The notes under the pieces were generated by a model that was not told the origin of the DNA, ran no database searches, and saw only the letters and a list, made by a program, of their open reading frames with translations. 64,000 nucleotides of DNA from NCBI RefSeq assembly GCF_006345805.1, contig NC_043011.1:18054464-18118463 (forward strand), given 5' to 3'. The position numbers were made by a program, and so were the translations under genes. Shown here piece by piece: positions 1 through 12,208 of this stretch; position 1 is the first letter of the stretch; every line of letters begins with the position of its first letter. The DNA comes from Octopus sinensis. Taxonomy: Eukaryota.

Positions 1-1216
1 CGTTAAATATTTGTTACAAACATATCTACTACAGGAACACTGACAGAGAACAGAGTAGTAATTATACAAATCTATTTTATATGCATTTATAGTAGCATTT
101 AACATAAATTATGTTACTCTCACAAAAACATCGAAGGTCAAATAGTTTACTTTGGTCTGCAAATTTCTGCAGAATCGAGCTGAAATTTTGAGCATTACGA
201 ATAACTTTAATTCTGAACGGAAATTTTTCTCCTAGAAATGAAAGAAGGCAGACTATTATGCATCGGCTTTCATTTTTGTTCATCTTAAGTTATTGCATAA
301 GCCAGCAATAATACTGCTGGGATACACTATGAAAATTTAAGAGTTGAAATGACAGAATGCATAAAAAAGTCTTTGTGAATTTGTAAACAACAGTTGGTTT
401 GGAATGTAACACCCAACATCTCAATAACACCAAAATGATCGAAACCTGCATGTCTGATATGCGCACAGATAGAATAAAATATTCTACACGCAATCATTCA
501 AATTTCGTGTTTGAAGAGTTGTGATGGTGTGTTGAACAGCGGCTGTCATGTGGACAATGGATCCAGGAATCCGCTACATTTTGTGAAGATTGTCGTACTG
601 TCTTCATTTGAATGGGAAAACACAGTTCGTCATTATTTGCTTAGCTACCTGGGGGAGAAATGTTGTGTTATATGGGGGGATTGTGAATATTTTGAATTTT
701 AACGTCAAAACTAAAATACATGTTGAGGTACATTAATAGACGAGTGAAAATGGTGAATACAATCCGAATGAATGCGCTTATAGATTGGAGAAGGTCCCTT
801 GAGGAAGAACATATGTCTTAGCGAAAAGACTCGACATTTATTAGTATCGCTATTGAATAGATTATTTAATAGTAGCTCCTGTTGGGGAAATGTGTTCACA
901 GTTTTTTGTGTGAGATTTATGTTACTTTCTATTTTTAGTTTCTTTTCATTTGCTCTCACTCTGAGTGGATATGTTTTGCGCCGAACGACAGATTTTTGAA
1001 AACTGACACATGTAATTTGGTGAAACTTCACTTAGAAAGGAAGGTGCTGGTCAAAGTAAAGTGACCTGTCCGTTCTAATATATAGAAAAGGTGGGTGAAT
1101 TACGCAAAAATACTTAGTATGGATGGAACTATTCTATGCATGCAGGAATGGGCTAGAAGACAAAAGTTGGATTATGTGTTATGCCACTGAGGACCATGGA
1201 AATCGTACATCTATTG

Positions 1217-1284
1217 GGTTCCTTAAGTGGCTCTAGTTGGTTCCTTAAGTGGCTCTAGTTGGTTCCTTAAGTGGCTCTAGTTGG
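1217..1284. repeat. Perfect 22-bp tandem repeat x3 (GGTTCCTTAAGTGGCTCTAGTT)
   Basis: Identical units start at 1217, 1239 and 1261. Confidence 0.95.
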
Positions 1285-2925
1285 AGACTCTTCTGTAACA
1301 GAAATATTTATCACTTATATTTTTACATATTTTATATATTATTGTACTCTGCATCACATCCTCCTCCCCTCTCATTTCTTTGCCTCACCTTTTTTAATAT
1401 AAAATGCTCACAATTTGCAGGATAACTTAAGCACTTTGGTTGATCTAATCGATTTAGTATCCCTTTCCCCAAATTTGCTTATCTTGTACCAAAATTTGAA
1501 ATTATTACTTAAAGTTAATTTAAGGAATTCTTTGATAAGTGAATCTGATCATTCTCATATCATTTTGATTATGTGGGATACGTTCTCGTTGTTTTAGAAA
1601 TAACAAGCGTAAGATTGTCTAAATCTTCATGTATATTGTAGAATGCCTACATTAGCATTGAAAGATTATTTCAAAAGAATCACTGCTGAGAGGAATTGCA
1701 TATTAGAACAGTAACTTGGAATATTACCCAAAAGCTATTCATTGCATAAAAGACGCAACTGTGTTAGGGGCATTCTCAAAGTAGTAGCAATGGCAGGATA
1801 ATTTACTAAAATTATCCTCTTAGAGATACAAAGCAATTTTCTAAATTGCTAATTCGTATCAAACAAAAAGATAAACCTGAATTTCTAAATAGAATCAATA
1901 ATCAGAAATAAAAGTACAATCTGTTTTGTAGGTATAGAATTAAAATGTTGAATGTTTGTGCGTTTTTGTATTTCCTTATTAAAACAAGCTAAATTTAGAC
2001 ATATTTCAATAGCCCGAAGTTATTTTAAAAAATTTACAGAGGACTTTATCAGTTCAATGTGCTCTACATAGTTATAATAATTACATACGTATATAGTTTA
2101 ACTCATTATAAACCACAAATTCGTCCGTTAGATATTGTTTTGTTAAATTTTGTTCAGTTTTAAATCAAGATCGTCTAGTATAGATTGACAATATTAACTA
2201 AAAAAAATGTTTTACTTTTCGTTTTACAAAAAAAGCAGACCTATAAGACTGTGACTACGACCATAAAAGAAAGATGTTTTTCGAAGAATATGACCTAACA
2301 GTAATGGCTGCGTTAACATTCAAATCACTCGCTAGTTCTTAAAATAACATAAATATTAAACTACGTTACAACATGACCGATAAACAATAGAATTGCACAA
2401 CTGTAATTTAGTCTAATCATTGTAATAATCAATCTCGCTCTTTGTAGGAGGACAGCAACAAAATCAACAAAATATTTACACTTAACTGATGCCAAATTCT
2501 GGTAAATGCAAGAAAAGAAATCAAACGGCTTTGAAGAAATTATGTATATACAGTTGGTTTTTATTCTGGAAGCCAAGAAAATTATAGCAGAATAAATTTC
2601 TTAAAATACGACAGCTGCCAAATTCGGATACGAAATCCTTTGAAAAACTGAACCATATTGATTTTTAGGAAGTTATGTGGGTTTAACTTTGCTTTAGATT
2701 AATTTATTTTGCATAGATTTTTGTTCATCTCTCTCTCTCTCTCTCGTTCTCTCTCCCTCTCCCTGTATATATATATATATATATATAGCATTATTACATT
2801 ACTTCGATTCTCTTGTCTGCGATACAGAATTAATCTGTCATGGTTACTCTTTTCGCTGGTAAGATCATTAAGTGCTGCTTACCTTGGTGGACAAAAGATT
2901 CTTCAGATTATTGGGAAATGCCGAT

Positions 2926-2952
2926 GTTGGTACAGTAGTAGTAGTTGTAGTT

Positions 2953-2988
<36 letters not shown>

Positions 2989-3168
2989 ATAGTAGTAGCA
3001 GTAGTAAAGAACGAAAATAGAAAGAGAAATCGACAAAGACAGAAGAAAAATAGAAAAATGTGGGAGATGAAGGAGATGAAAGAAAAGAAGGAGGACGAGA
3101 AGAAGAAGAAGAAGAAAGAAGAAGAAGAAGAAGAAGAAGAAGAAGAAGAAGAAGAAGAAGAAGAGAAG
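2926..3168. repeat. (GTA)n and (GAA)n trinucleotide microsatellites
   Basis: (GTA)n at about 2926-3005 and (GAA)n at about 3095-3168; these explain the poly-V/S/E/F/L ORFs in the track. Confidence 0.95.
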
Positions 3169-3567
3169 ATGCATTAGTTATTTGCACCAGCATCAGTTTT
3201 ATTAGTAGAAGCAATAGTACTTAATCTAGTTAGTAGTACTTATTTTATTAGTAGAATCAGCATAGTAGGAGCACTAGTAGTATTACTATTAGTAGCAGCA
3301 TTCAGCAGTAGCAGAGATGTTGATGGTGATCGTAGCAGTAGTTGCAGTGGCAATGTTAGTTAGTACTTTTGGCATTGTCAGATATATGCACCTTACACCT
3401 ACCTCGAAATGGATCAATCAAAACCTGGTTCAGACGATTTGTCGATATTTCAATGAGACTGCATATACACACATATATAAAACTCACGTTAATGAGTTTT
3501 ATCAAGTAGTCACCATGCTATAAAAATTTATAGTCAATTACTATATTAAATTAAATATATATATATC

Positions 3568-3710
3568 AAGGGAGATCGGGCGAAAACCACCATTCACCAG
3601 CATGCTTTAAGTGCCGACACCTTCAAGAACTAGCAGGCATTTTTGGTAGTTTTTGAATTTATCGGCACTTCAGGCATGCTGGAGAAAGGTCCTTTTCGCC
3701 CATCTCCCTT
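3568..3710. mobile_element. Small MITE-like element with ~50-bp imperfect terminal inverted repeats
   Basis: AAGGGAGATCGGGCGAAAACCACCATTCACCAGCATGCTTTAAGTGCCGA is mirrored by TCGGCACTTCAGGCATGCTGGAGAAAGGTCCTTTTCGCCCATCTCCCTT; right end is CCT followed by TTAA. Confidence 0.7.
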
Positions 3711-3753
3711 TAAAATGTGTGTGTATATATATATATGTGTGTGCGTGTATACA

Positions 3754-3942
<189 letters not shown>

Positions 3943-3944
3943 GT

Positions 3945-4671
3945 ACGCTTACACTACCTTCTGCGCGTGTGTACTTCTAAGTGGTACTATTGCTCTGATG
4001 CTATCGACGTTTGAGCCCGGTCGCACCATTTTTTTTCTTTTACACCTTACAGTGTAAGAATGGCCGCTCCCCTACCAATGTGTACCAACGATTTCTCTGG
4101 TCGGAAATTGTGTCAGGAGCTGAAATACATCGGAAGATTTTACCACAACACGGAGATAGTGCACAACCGCGTAGAAGTGATGTATAAATAAGTCGATAAG
4201 GTTCTAAGTGAGCACGAATTAGGAGCAGGACGCCCGTCAAGCTCCACCTCTGATTGTGCAAGATACAATACATTGCTGACCTGTTCGCACCAAGCGACAA
4301 TACCTATTATCGAAGAAACGTTTCTTTTGTTGCATGAAAATGCACGTCCCCCCCAACCCCGTTTAAAGCATTAACCGATTAGAATTGAGGTGCAGAAACT
4401 CCTTACCTACAGTCCAGATCTCATCCCTTCTGACTATCATATCTTTGAACCGCTCAAAGATGATATACGAGATCGTTGATTTCCTACGCATGATGATGTG
4501 AAGGAAACGGTAGAGACAAACTGGAAATCCTCTTCGAGAGAATACGCAAGCTTGTGTACCACAGGATCAAGTACATCAAACAGGAAGACTATATAGGAGA
4601 ACGACGTACTTCCTTATCCCCTACTTTTGTGTAATTACATTAAAAAATCAAGAATGCGTAAAAAATTTTGA

Positions 4672-4680
<9 letters not shown>
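3945..4680 (+). mobile_element. Internally deleted, degenerate mariner transposon
   Basis: ATG at 4060 gives MAAPLPMCT..FLWSEIVSGAEIHRKILPQHGDS (mariner N-terminal HTH). About 4330-4500 gives LLHENARP...YSPDLIPSDYHIFEPLKDDI (third catalytic D motif). Stops and frameshifts present; TIR-like end at about 4670-4680. Confidence 0.85.
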
Positions 4681-4737
<57 letters not shown>

Positions 4738-5254
4738 TTCACTGTCACCGTGACTGACCAGGCTATGAGATGTTGCTAGATAACAAAGATTATAAATGTT
4801 TCAAATCCCAAAACATAATACTAAAAGTGAAAGCGTCTACGGAAAGAGGATCAGAGAAACTGTAAACCAAGTTCCATTTGTTTAACTATTTCCATTTCTC
4901 CCTTGTTTTTCCCCCTCTTATGTCATTATGACTTGTCGATCACCACTAGCATTAATGAACTTTGAACAATCAAACAAATTGATATTCAGTTTTAATATTA
5001 TTGATTGCACCTGTCCTCCTAATTCATAATGCTAAAGTTGTCTGTTTTGAACAGGTTAATTTGTCAACATTGAACTATTTTAATTTGTCAAAATTGAATC
5101 TTTTAAAGATGGTGTTCTAATACATAAATTGAAATTTTTAACATTGATAAACAAAACAATATTGTTGAAACTAGTTTCGTATGTGTGTAAAAAATGTATT
5201 TTAAACTATTACGTGTTTTTGAAATTTAGGTGCATTTTCAACAACACATTTCCC

Positions 5255-5313
<59 letters not shown>

Positions 5314-5328
5314 TATATACATATATAC

Positions 5329-5371
<43 letters not shown>

Positions 5372-5589
5372 GTGTGTGTGTGTGTGTGTGTGTATGTGTG
5401 TGCGTGTGTGTTGTGTGCGTGGGTAAAAATTAGAAAGAAATAACTTTTATCAATTCAAAATGAACAACTAACTTACACCATCTAGAAAATTACATATAAT
5501 AGAAATATTAATATTAAAATAACAATAAGTGAATAAACTTCACTGAGTTTACATACATACAGATACAAAGTCGAGGCAAATATCACCAG

Positions 5590-5671
5590 CCGACCGGTGT
5601 CTGCTACTCTAGGCCGGTGAAGGACAATGATCCTGAAACACGGTGTCCCTACATGCAGTTCCGGCGGTCGG
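5590..5671 (+). ncRNA. Type I hammerhead ribozyme-like motif (variant core CCGGUGA)
   Basis: UAGG-CCGGUGA-AGGA(CAAUGA)UCCU-GAAA-CAC(G)GUG-UC-CCUA at 5610-5651; stem I extends through CUGC/GCAG and CCGACCG/CGGUCGG. Confidence 0.6.
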
Positions 5672-6082
5672 GGGTGTTTGTCTCCCCTTCGTATATGTAT
5701 ATAAGGACACAGGGAAATAAAAATGTGTCAAAGCTATCAGGAGGCGTTCGATGCTTCATAGGGCTATACAGCGGTGGTGTACCCCCTACTGTCACGTTCT
5801 TGTTAGATTGACAGTATAAAACCATTCTATCGCCCCACCATCGTACATGTCTCTACGAGAGATTTAGAAGTTCAATATTTCTTATTTTAATAATATACCG
5901 ATGTTTTGTAAATTGCAAAATAATAATAAAAGCGTATATATTTTTACTATTATTTTGCAATATATGTAATCATCGGTATATTATTGTTATTTTAATATTA
6001 ATATTTCTATTATATGTAATTTTCTAGATGGCGTAATTTAATTCTTCATTTTGAATTGATAAAAGTTGTTTTTTCTAATCTA

Positions 6083-6113
<31 letters not shown>

Positions 6114-6208
6114 CATATTTTGTGAAATTTGATTTAGTTTTTCCTAAATTGAATTTCTCCCTGTAAGTTAGGAATAATATTCCCTCAAATAATTATTATT
6201 ATTATATG

Positions 6209-6244
<36 letters not shown>

Positions 6245-6247
6245 AAT

Positions 6248-6318
<71 letters not shown>

Positions 6319-7352
6319 TATATACATCTATGTTTAGACACATGCATGCAAACATGCGACGAAAAGTATGTATTTTTATTTTATATTACTTTGTATCGCT
6401 CTACTCTACTCAGCGATTACGCTGCTGTAATTTCTGGAACACTGGGTTTCTGCAAGAACAGTAAGAATTGGTAAGTCTTGATAAGGATAGACGTATATGG
6501 ATAATGTGAAGAGGAGAGGATAGTAATATAGAAAGATATAATTTGTAAATAAGTCAATAATACAGTGTTCTGGGACAAGTATGTGAAAGTGACAATGATG
6601 ATATTTCGCTTGTAATCCAATTGTTTGCATATTGCAGTCAAACGTTAGAACCAACAAAGTCACTAACCATTGCCTTTGGTGGCTGTTGTTTACTGTTACG
6701 TGGAATCTGGTCAAACAGTTATTATTTTCCCCCTTTAGATGTACATGAAGGCGTCTTCATTAATAGCATTATTCTAAACAAAATATCGATTTAGAAGTGC
6801 TCTCAAGCATAATGCACAGGCTACTAGTTTTTGAATACTGTTAACTGTTCAGAAGTAATGTAATTTCTGGTACTAAAATGTGTGTATGATGTTTAATAAA
6901 TAATGTAGCAGTGTTGTGTTAGTTCCTTCGTAAAATCCTCTTTGTCATGCACGTGTCAGTGTATGTTTGTTATGGCCTGTAAGAATTAGTGCATCTATAT
7001 TTAATATTTAAAATCTTTACACAATGTTTACACAATATCAATCAGATTTTTTTACATTAGCAGGCGTTTCAACCGTAGGATTTACTTTATGCCAGGCAAA
7101 GACATAACAAAGCAAAAGAATCAGTGATCATTTAAGTGGATGCAATATTGATTAAGAATGGAAGATAAGGCAGATGAGTTGTGTTTATAAAAATATGAAT
7201 GATGATAGAGAACTTTCTATAACAGAATTGAAATGCCTGAAACTATCTTAGTTGTTGAGAGAATTTTAAATGCAAAACGATGCACAAATCATAATTAGTT
7301 TCCTTGGAAAACTGAGGTCTGCAAATATTTTCAGTAAGCAGTAAGTAACTAC

Positions 7353-7833
7353 CAACCCTAAAGTCCAACCCCTCCTCAAAGCGGTAGGGTGGTGTAAACG
7401 AGCAGTGTCAGAGCTATGCTGTCGGGAACTTCGGTTCCTGGTAGGGCTACCCAAGGCGGATTGGTCTGGCCCCGAGTGGTATTAGGGCCGCAGACTGGCA
7501 AACGGGGCTCTGGTGAAAATTCAAAGAGGAGTCTCATCGGCAACCTGTGGCTTCGAGGGTGTTTTGTCCCTGCGTCTCTGGAGACTCCGCGGCAAACAGG
7601 GCATCCCGTCACTCGGGATATGCCTGCGGGATATCGGGGACAACTTGTGAATTCAATATGGCCATGAATTTTCTTCTATGAATCATATGGAACCGCGAAT
7701 GGCTCGCTATCTCCAGTGACCTTGCACAGGACCGTTGAACATGGGCCGCCATGGTTTGTGATACCGTCAGGACCAGAGAAAAAGCCGGCTCAACCCGCCC
7801 TGGGTTAACGTCGTCACAAGTACAAGTAAGTAT
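7353..7833 (+). mobile_element. Short non-coding retroposon (RTE-like 5' and 3' ends; probable internally deleted LINE/SIDE)
   Basis: Homologous to 37846-38228 (opposite strand); CAAGTAAGTA tail; 12-bp TSD GTAAGTAACTAC (7341-7352) / GTAGGTAACTAC (7834-7845); GGAAC-TTCG-GTTCC hairpin at 7425-7438. Confidence 0.75.
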
Positions 7834-8329
7834 GTAGGTAACTACGCATACATAATTCAGACATTGTTACTAACGTGTAAAACATGAAGTCACTATCGTA
7901 AGATAATTGTAAGTCATATAAACAGATGTAGAAAAAGAGGATTGTCATAAATTAGATTTGGCGATGAGAAAGAATACTTCTATATTTTTAGGGACACTGT
8001 ATTGGTGATGATAAAGGTGTTTGAGAACTCATCCACGTAGGCGATTTGAATGAAGGAACCTTCGTGCGGTGAAGACTTTGTAAGTGGCGATAGTAAAATA
8101 ATCGAAAGCCAAGTTGCAAGAAACGAGTATATATCAAATTGCTTAAGAGAAAGGAAGACTAAGTTTAAGCCAGATAAATTAGAATATTTTATTGATGAAA
8201 TTCAAGTTACAAAGAAGGCTGTGGGGGGAAAATGGACTGTAATTATACTTGAATTGTACTCAAATACAAACAGCAATATTAAGGCGAAGAAAAAGTAGAA
8301 GATGAATCTCTTTCGAAACTAATTGACCT

Positions 8330-8520
8330 GTATCCGACTGTACATATTATGGCCTCTAAACTCTTCTTTGCATACGGGGTGTGTAATTCAATTATATGTA
8401 ATCCAGGACGAGTTAAATTTCCATGTGCCTAGGACTCGCTTCTCTCTAAAACGTCCATCCCAAATGCATCTCCCATTTTTCTTGCTTTTTATTCAGACAT
8501 CAGTGATGCCTTTTTCGCAG
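8330..8520 (-). mobile_element. Possible degraded L1/Tx1-type LINE fragment (end of APE domain)
   Basis: Minus strand GGCACATGGAAATTTAACTCGTCC = GTWKFNSS, resembling the WKLNxSLL motif; otherwise highly decayed. Confidence 0.3.
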
Positions 8521-8998
8521 ACAAGCTTACAAATTCCTTGAAATTCCGGAGTGGGATTACACACACAAGAGATTGATGTTTTGCTGGGAATCAGTGCATA
8601 AATTGAAATGGCTCTTTATCTTTGGTTCAAAATATTATTACAGTACATTGTTCTATTTGTGAACACTACTTGGTTGTAGTAGAGATATTACACATAATTA
8701 GATTTTCTGTGTATTCGTAGTGTTAAAGTAGATTTCAAGTGTATTCATAAAAGTAAATATTAGTTCAAACTTAAGGGTTGACAGCGAAAACGAAACAAAT
8801 TTAAAGACGAATACCTATGAGGGTGTATATAAGAAAGGATGAAAAGAACAGGGTGGTGATCAGGAAACAAATAATAAACCAAAACATATAAAAACACCCT
8901 ATTAGCTACAAAGAAAATCATTTTTCTTAAACGATTGTTTCATACAATAAGGGAAAAAGAAATCAGTGACAGGTAGTGAAATGAAATAGAATGAAATA

Positions 8999-9036
<38 letters not shown>

Positions 9037-9038
<2 letters not shown>

Positions 9039-9357
9039 AAAAACCACTCAAGATAGACCATCATTTTATAAAGAAAATTTCAGTCATTGACACATGTTCA
9101 ACTGTAACAATTAAATAATTAAATTTAGAAAAATTAAAAGAAAAGAGTAAACGAGAGACACAAACACAGGCAGAAACAAGGAAAATTCCACTTGTATTTG
9201 AACACTGCAAATATTCTTTTAAAAAAACTTTTCTTTTACTTTTTCTAAATTTAATTATTCAATTGTTACACTTGAAAAAGTCTCAATGTCTGAAACCGGT
9301 ACTGAAATGTTCTATATAAAATTGTTTTAGCATTTTCTATCTTGACCTGTTTTTCCA
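9037..9357. repeat. Imperfect foldback element between (AT)n tracts
   Basis: Left arm GGAAAAACCACTCAAGATAG...AAATTTAGAAAAATTAAAAGAAAAG is inversely matched by CTTTTCTTTTACTTTTTCTAAATTT...CTATCTTGACCTGTTTTTCC. Confidence 0.7.
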
Positions 9358-9392
9358 AATATATCAACTCGTGTGTCCCTTTTCATCCTTAT

Positions 9393-9408
<16 letters not shown>

Positions 9409-9475
<67 letters not shown>

Positions 9476-9558
9476 TAGATAGATACATACATACATACAT
9501 ATATACAAACATACATAGAAAGATATATATAGAGATAGATAGATAGATAGATAGATAG

Positions 9559-9656
<98 letters not shown>

Positions 9657-9807
9657 AGAGATAGATAGACGAAGAGTTTTTGAGAGAAAGAGAAAAAAGA
9701 TTGAAGGAAGTTCATATTTTTAATCTTCTGAATTTAAAATATGTATGGTAGTGTTTATATTGCAAACTTCACGAGCAGCGTAAGCTCTCTGTCTGACTGT
9801 CTGTCTG

Positions 9808-9876
<69 letters not shown>

Positions 9877-9962
9877 AGAGAGAGAGAGAGAGAGAGAGAG
9901 ATGGATAGATAGATACATACATACATACATATATACAAACATACATAGAAAGATATATATAG

Positions 9963-10026
<64 letters not shown>

Positions 10027-10178
10027 GATATAGATAGACGAAGAGTTTTTGAGAGAAAGAGAAAAAAGATTGAAGGAAGTTCATATTTTTAATCTTCTGA
10101 ATTTAAAATATGTATGGTAGTGTTTATATTGCAAACTTCACGAGCAGCGTAAGCTCTCTGTCTGTCTGTCTGTCTGTT

Positions 10179-10202
<24 letters not shown>
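9409..10202. repeat. Tandem duplication of a ~370-430-bp microsatellite-rich unit
   Basis: Unique core GACGAAGAGTTTTTGAGAG...GCAGCGTAAGCTCTCTGTCTG at about 9668 and 10037, with the same order of flanking (AT)(GA)(GATA) arrays. Confidence 0.9.
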
Positions 10203-10256
<54 letters not shown>

Positions 10257-10984
10257 AAACGAGAAGATATGAGAGGTTCCAATATCACAGCTAACGCTGG
10301 ATCTAGGGTTCCTTTATAGAAGGTATTTATGATATTAGAGGAAAAGCCAAAACCAAGGCAGAACGAATATCTCAAGTCATTTAGAATAATTTAATTAGGA
10401 TAAGGTGAATTTGAAATCTTACAGGCCTTTCTGTGATAACCCAAATAGCAAGCTATCATATTTCTGCACTTGGTATTGCGTCATCAGAGACATGGTATGA
10501 ATATTTTATACAGATAAAATTAGTTACATATGTATATATATATATATAACTATAGCTACGTACATCATTAGTGTCTCTGTTAATTCGTGGGTTCCTGAGG
10601 TGTGTCAACGAAACGCAAGTTTTTTTTTCTGCATGTATATACAAAGAAATGATAGAGAAGGGAAATTGAATAAACGGCAAACTTTATTGCTCAGCACGAT
10701 CGTTTCGACACATCCTACATCGATACCTCGTTGTTTGGAAGCGGTAAAACTAGTTTTGGTGCATACTCCGGTGAAGAAGCGTCTCACCAATTGATGTGCT
10801 TTATCAGCCTACAACTAGGTACATGTGATTGCCCCTTGTAGTAGTGTGCCTGCAGAGCACGTTCATCGCTTGATGCTATCAGTTGTCATCTGGAGGAGTT
10901 CCTTTCCCTTACTGGATGTAGGTATTAAATTCCTCAAAACAAGTATTCCGTATTAATCATTTAGAATATACACACACACACATA

Positions 10985-11548
10985 TGACTTTTTCTATTCC
11001 TGAGCGTTATACTAATATACTTGTTTATTTTGTACACTACTCTTGTTCGTCTTTTGTTTTGTTCCGTAAACTCTCCCTATATATATATATATATGGTAAA
11101 CCGGCGATTATAATTAATTTTATTGTATCGCATTTATCTTTGTTTACATATTCTCTCGGTAAATTTCTGACCGTTAGACGATATACCACAATCCCCTATT
11201 TTGTCGGGTTTGTTCTGAGTCTGCGCAGTGTTTTGAATAGTTTAGAAAGAGCATTTCGATAGACGCACATGGGTCTATTGATATGGTCTTCCCATCATTA
11301 ACAGGAATCTTACTGAAGAGCCAGCCTGAGTAAATAAATACTATTTTTATTACTGAATTTGGCGAAACTGCAGTATAAGAAAAGTTAAGTTTGTAAAAGT
11401 TTTTCATTTTCATCTCACTAAATTTATCCAGCTATTGTGTATCTAGTGCACTCTTCGCCTTGAATGTAATGATATATGTATAATATATGGCGTGTACTGG
11501 TACACCGGCGATTATAATTAATTTTATTGTATCGCATTTATCTTTGTT

Positions 11549-11601
<53 letters not shown>

Positions 11602-11604
11602 TAT

Positions 11605-11635
<31 letters not shown>

Positions 11636-11790
11636 GGGAGAGTTTACGTAATAAAATAAACGACGAACAAGAGTAGTGTACAAAACAAGTATATTAGTAT
11701 AACGCTCAGGAATAGAAAAAAAGTCTTTTACGTTTCGAACCTAGGCTCTTCTACAGAAAGGGACACAGAAAACAAGGAGAGAAAAATATG
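10985..11790. mobile_element. Penelope-like repeat remnant with inverted termini and internal direct repeat
   Basis: About 90-bp inverted repeat (10985-11075 vs 11634-11727); direct repeat CCGGCGATTATAATTAATTTTATTGTATCGCATTTATCTTTGTTTA at 11101 and 11505; degenerate minimal hammerhead at 11727-11760 (-). Confidence 0.6.
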
Positions 11791-11829
11791 TGTGTGTATA
11801 CACAGAATTATATAATATATTCCGCATTA

Positions 11830-12208
11830 ATCACAAGGCCCGAAATTTGGGTGGAGTGGTGCTAGTCGATTAGATCGACTCCAAAACGCAACTGGCACTT
11901 CATTTATCGAACCGGAAAGGATGAAAAGCAGAATCGACCTCGGTAGAATTTGATCTCAGAACGTAAAGACAGACGAAGTACCTATTTTTTTACTAACAAC
12001 AAGGGGCTAAACACAGAGGGGACACACAAGGACAGACAAACGGATTAAGTTGATTATATCGACCACAGTGCGTAACAGGTACTTATTTAATCGAATGGAC
12101 GAAAGGCAAAGTCAACCTCGACGGAATTTGAACTCAGAACATAGCGGCAGATGAAATACCGCTAAGCATTTCGCCCGACGTGCTAACGTTCTTGCCAGCT
12201 TACCGACT
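11830..12208 (-). mobile_element. tRNA-derived SINE (partially dimeric)
   Basis: Minus-strand head with A-box-like TGGCAAGAACGTTAG and B-box-like GAGTTCAAATTCC; internal segment AAAGGCAAAGTCAACCTCG repeated in diverged form at about 11920 and 51930. Confidence 0.8.

Noticed and set aside
490-1031. ORFs 511-702 and 711-1031, with a faint resemblance to an LTR integrase (RIHSD)
   Set aside because: No catalytic motif spacing recoverable; too weak to call
1217-1284. Regular 22-bp repeats as a CRISPR-like array
   Set aside because: No spacers, eukaryotic context; simple minisatellite
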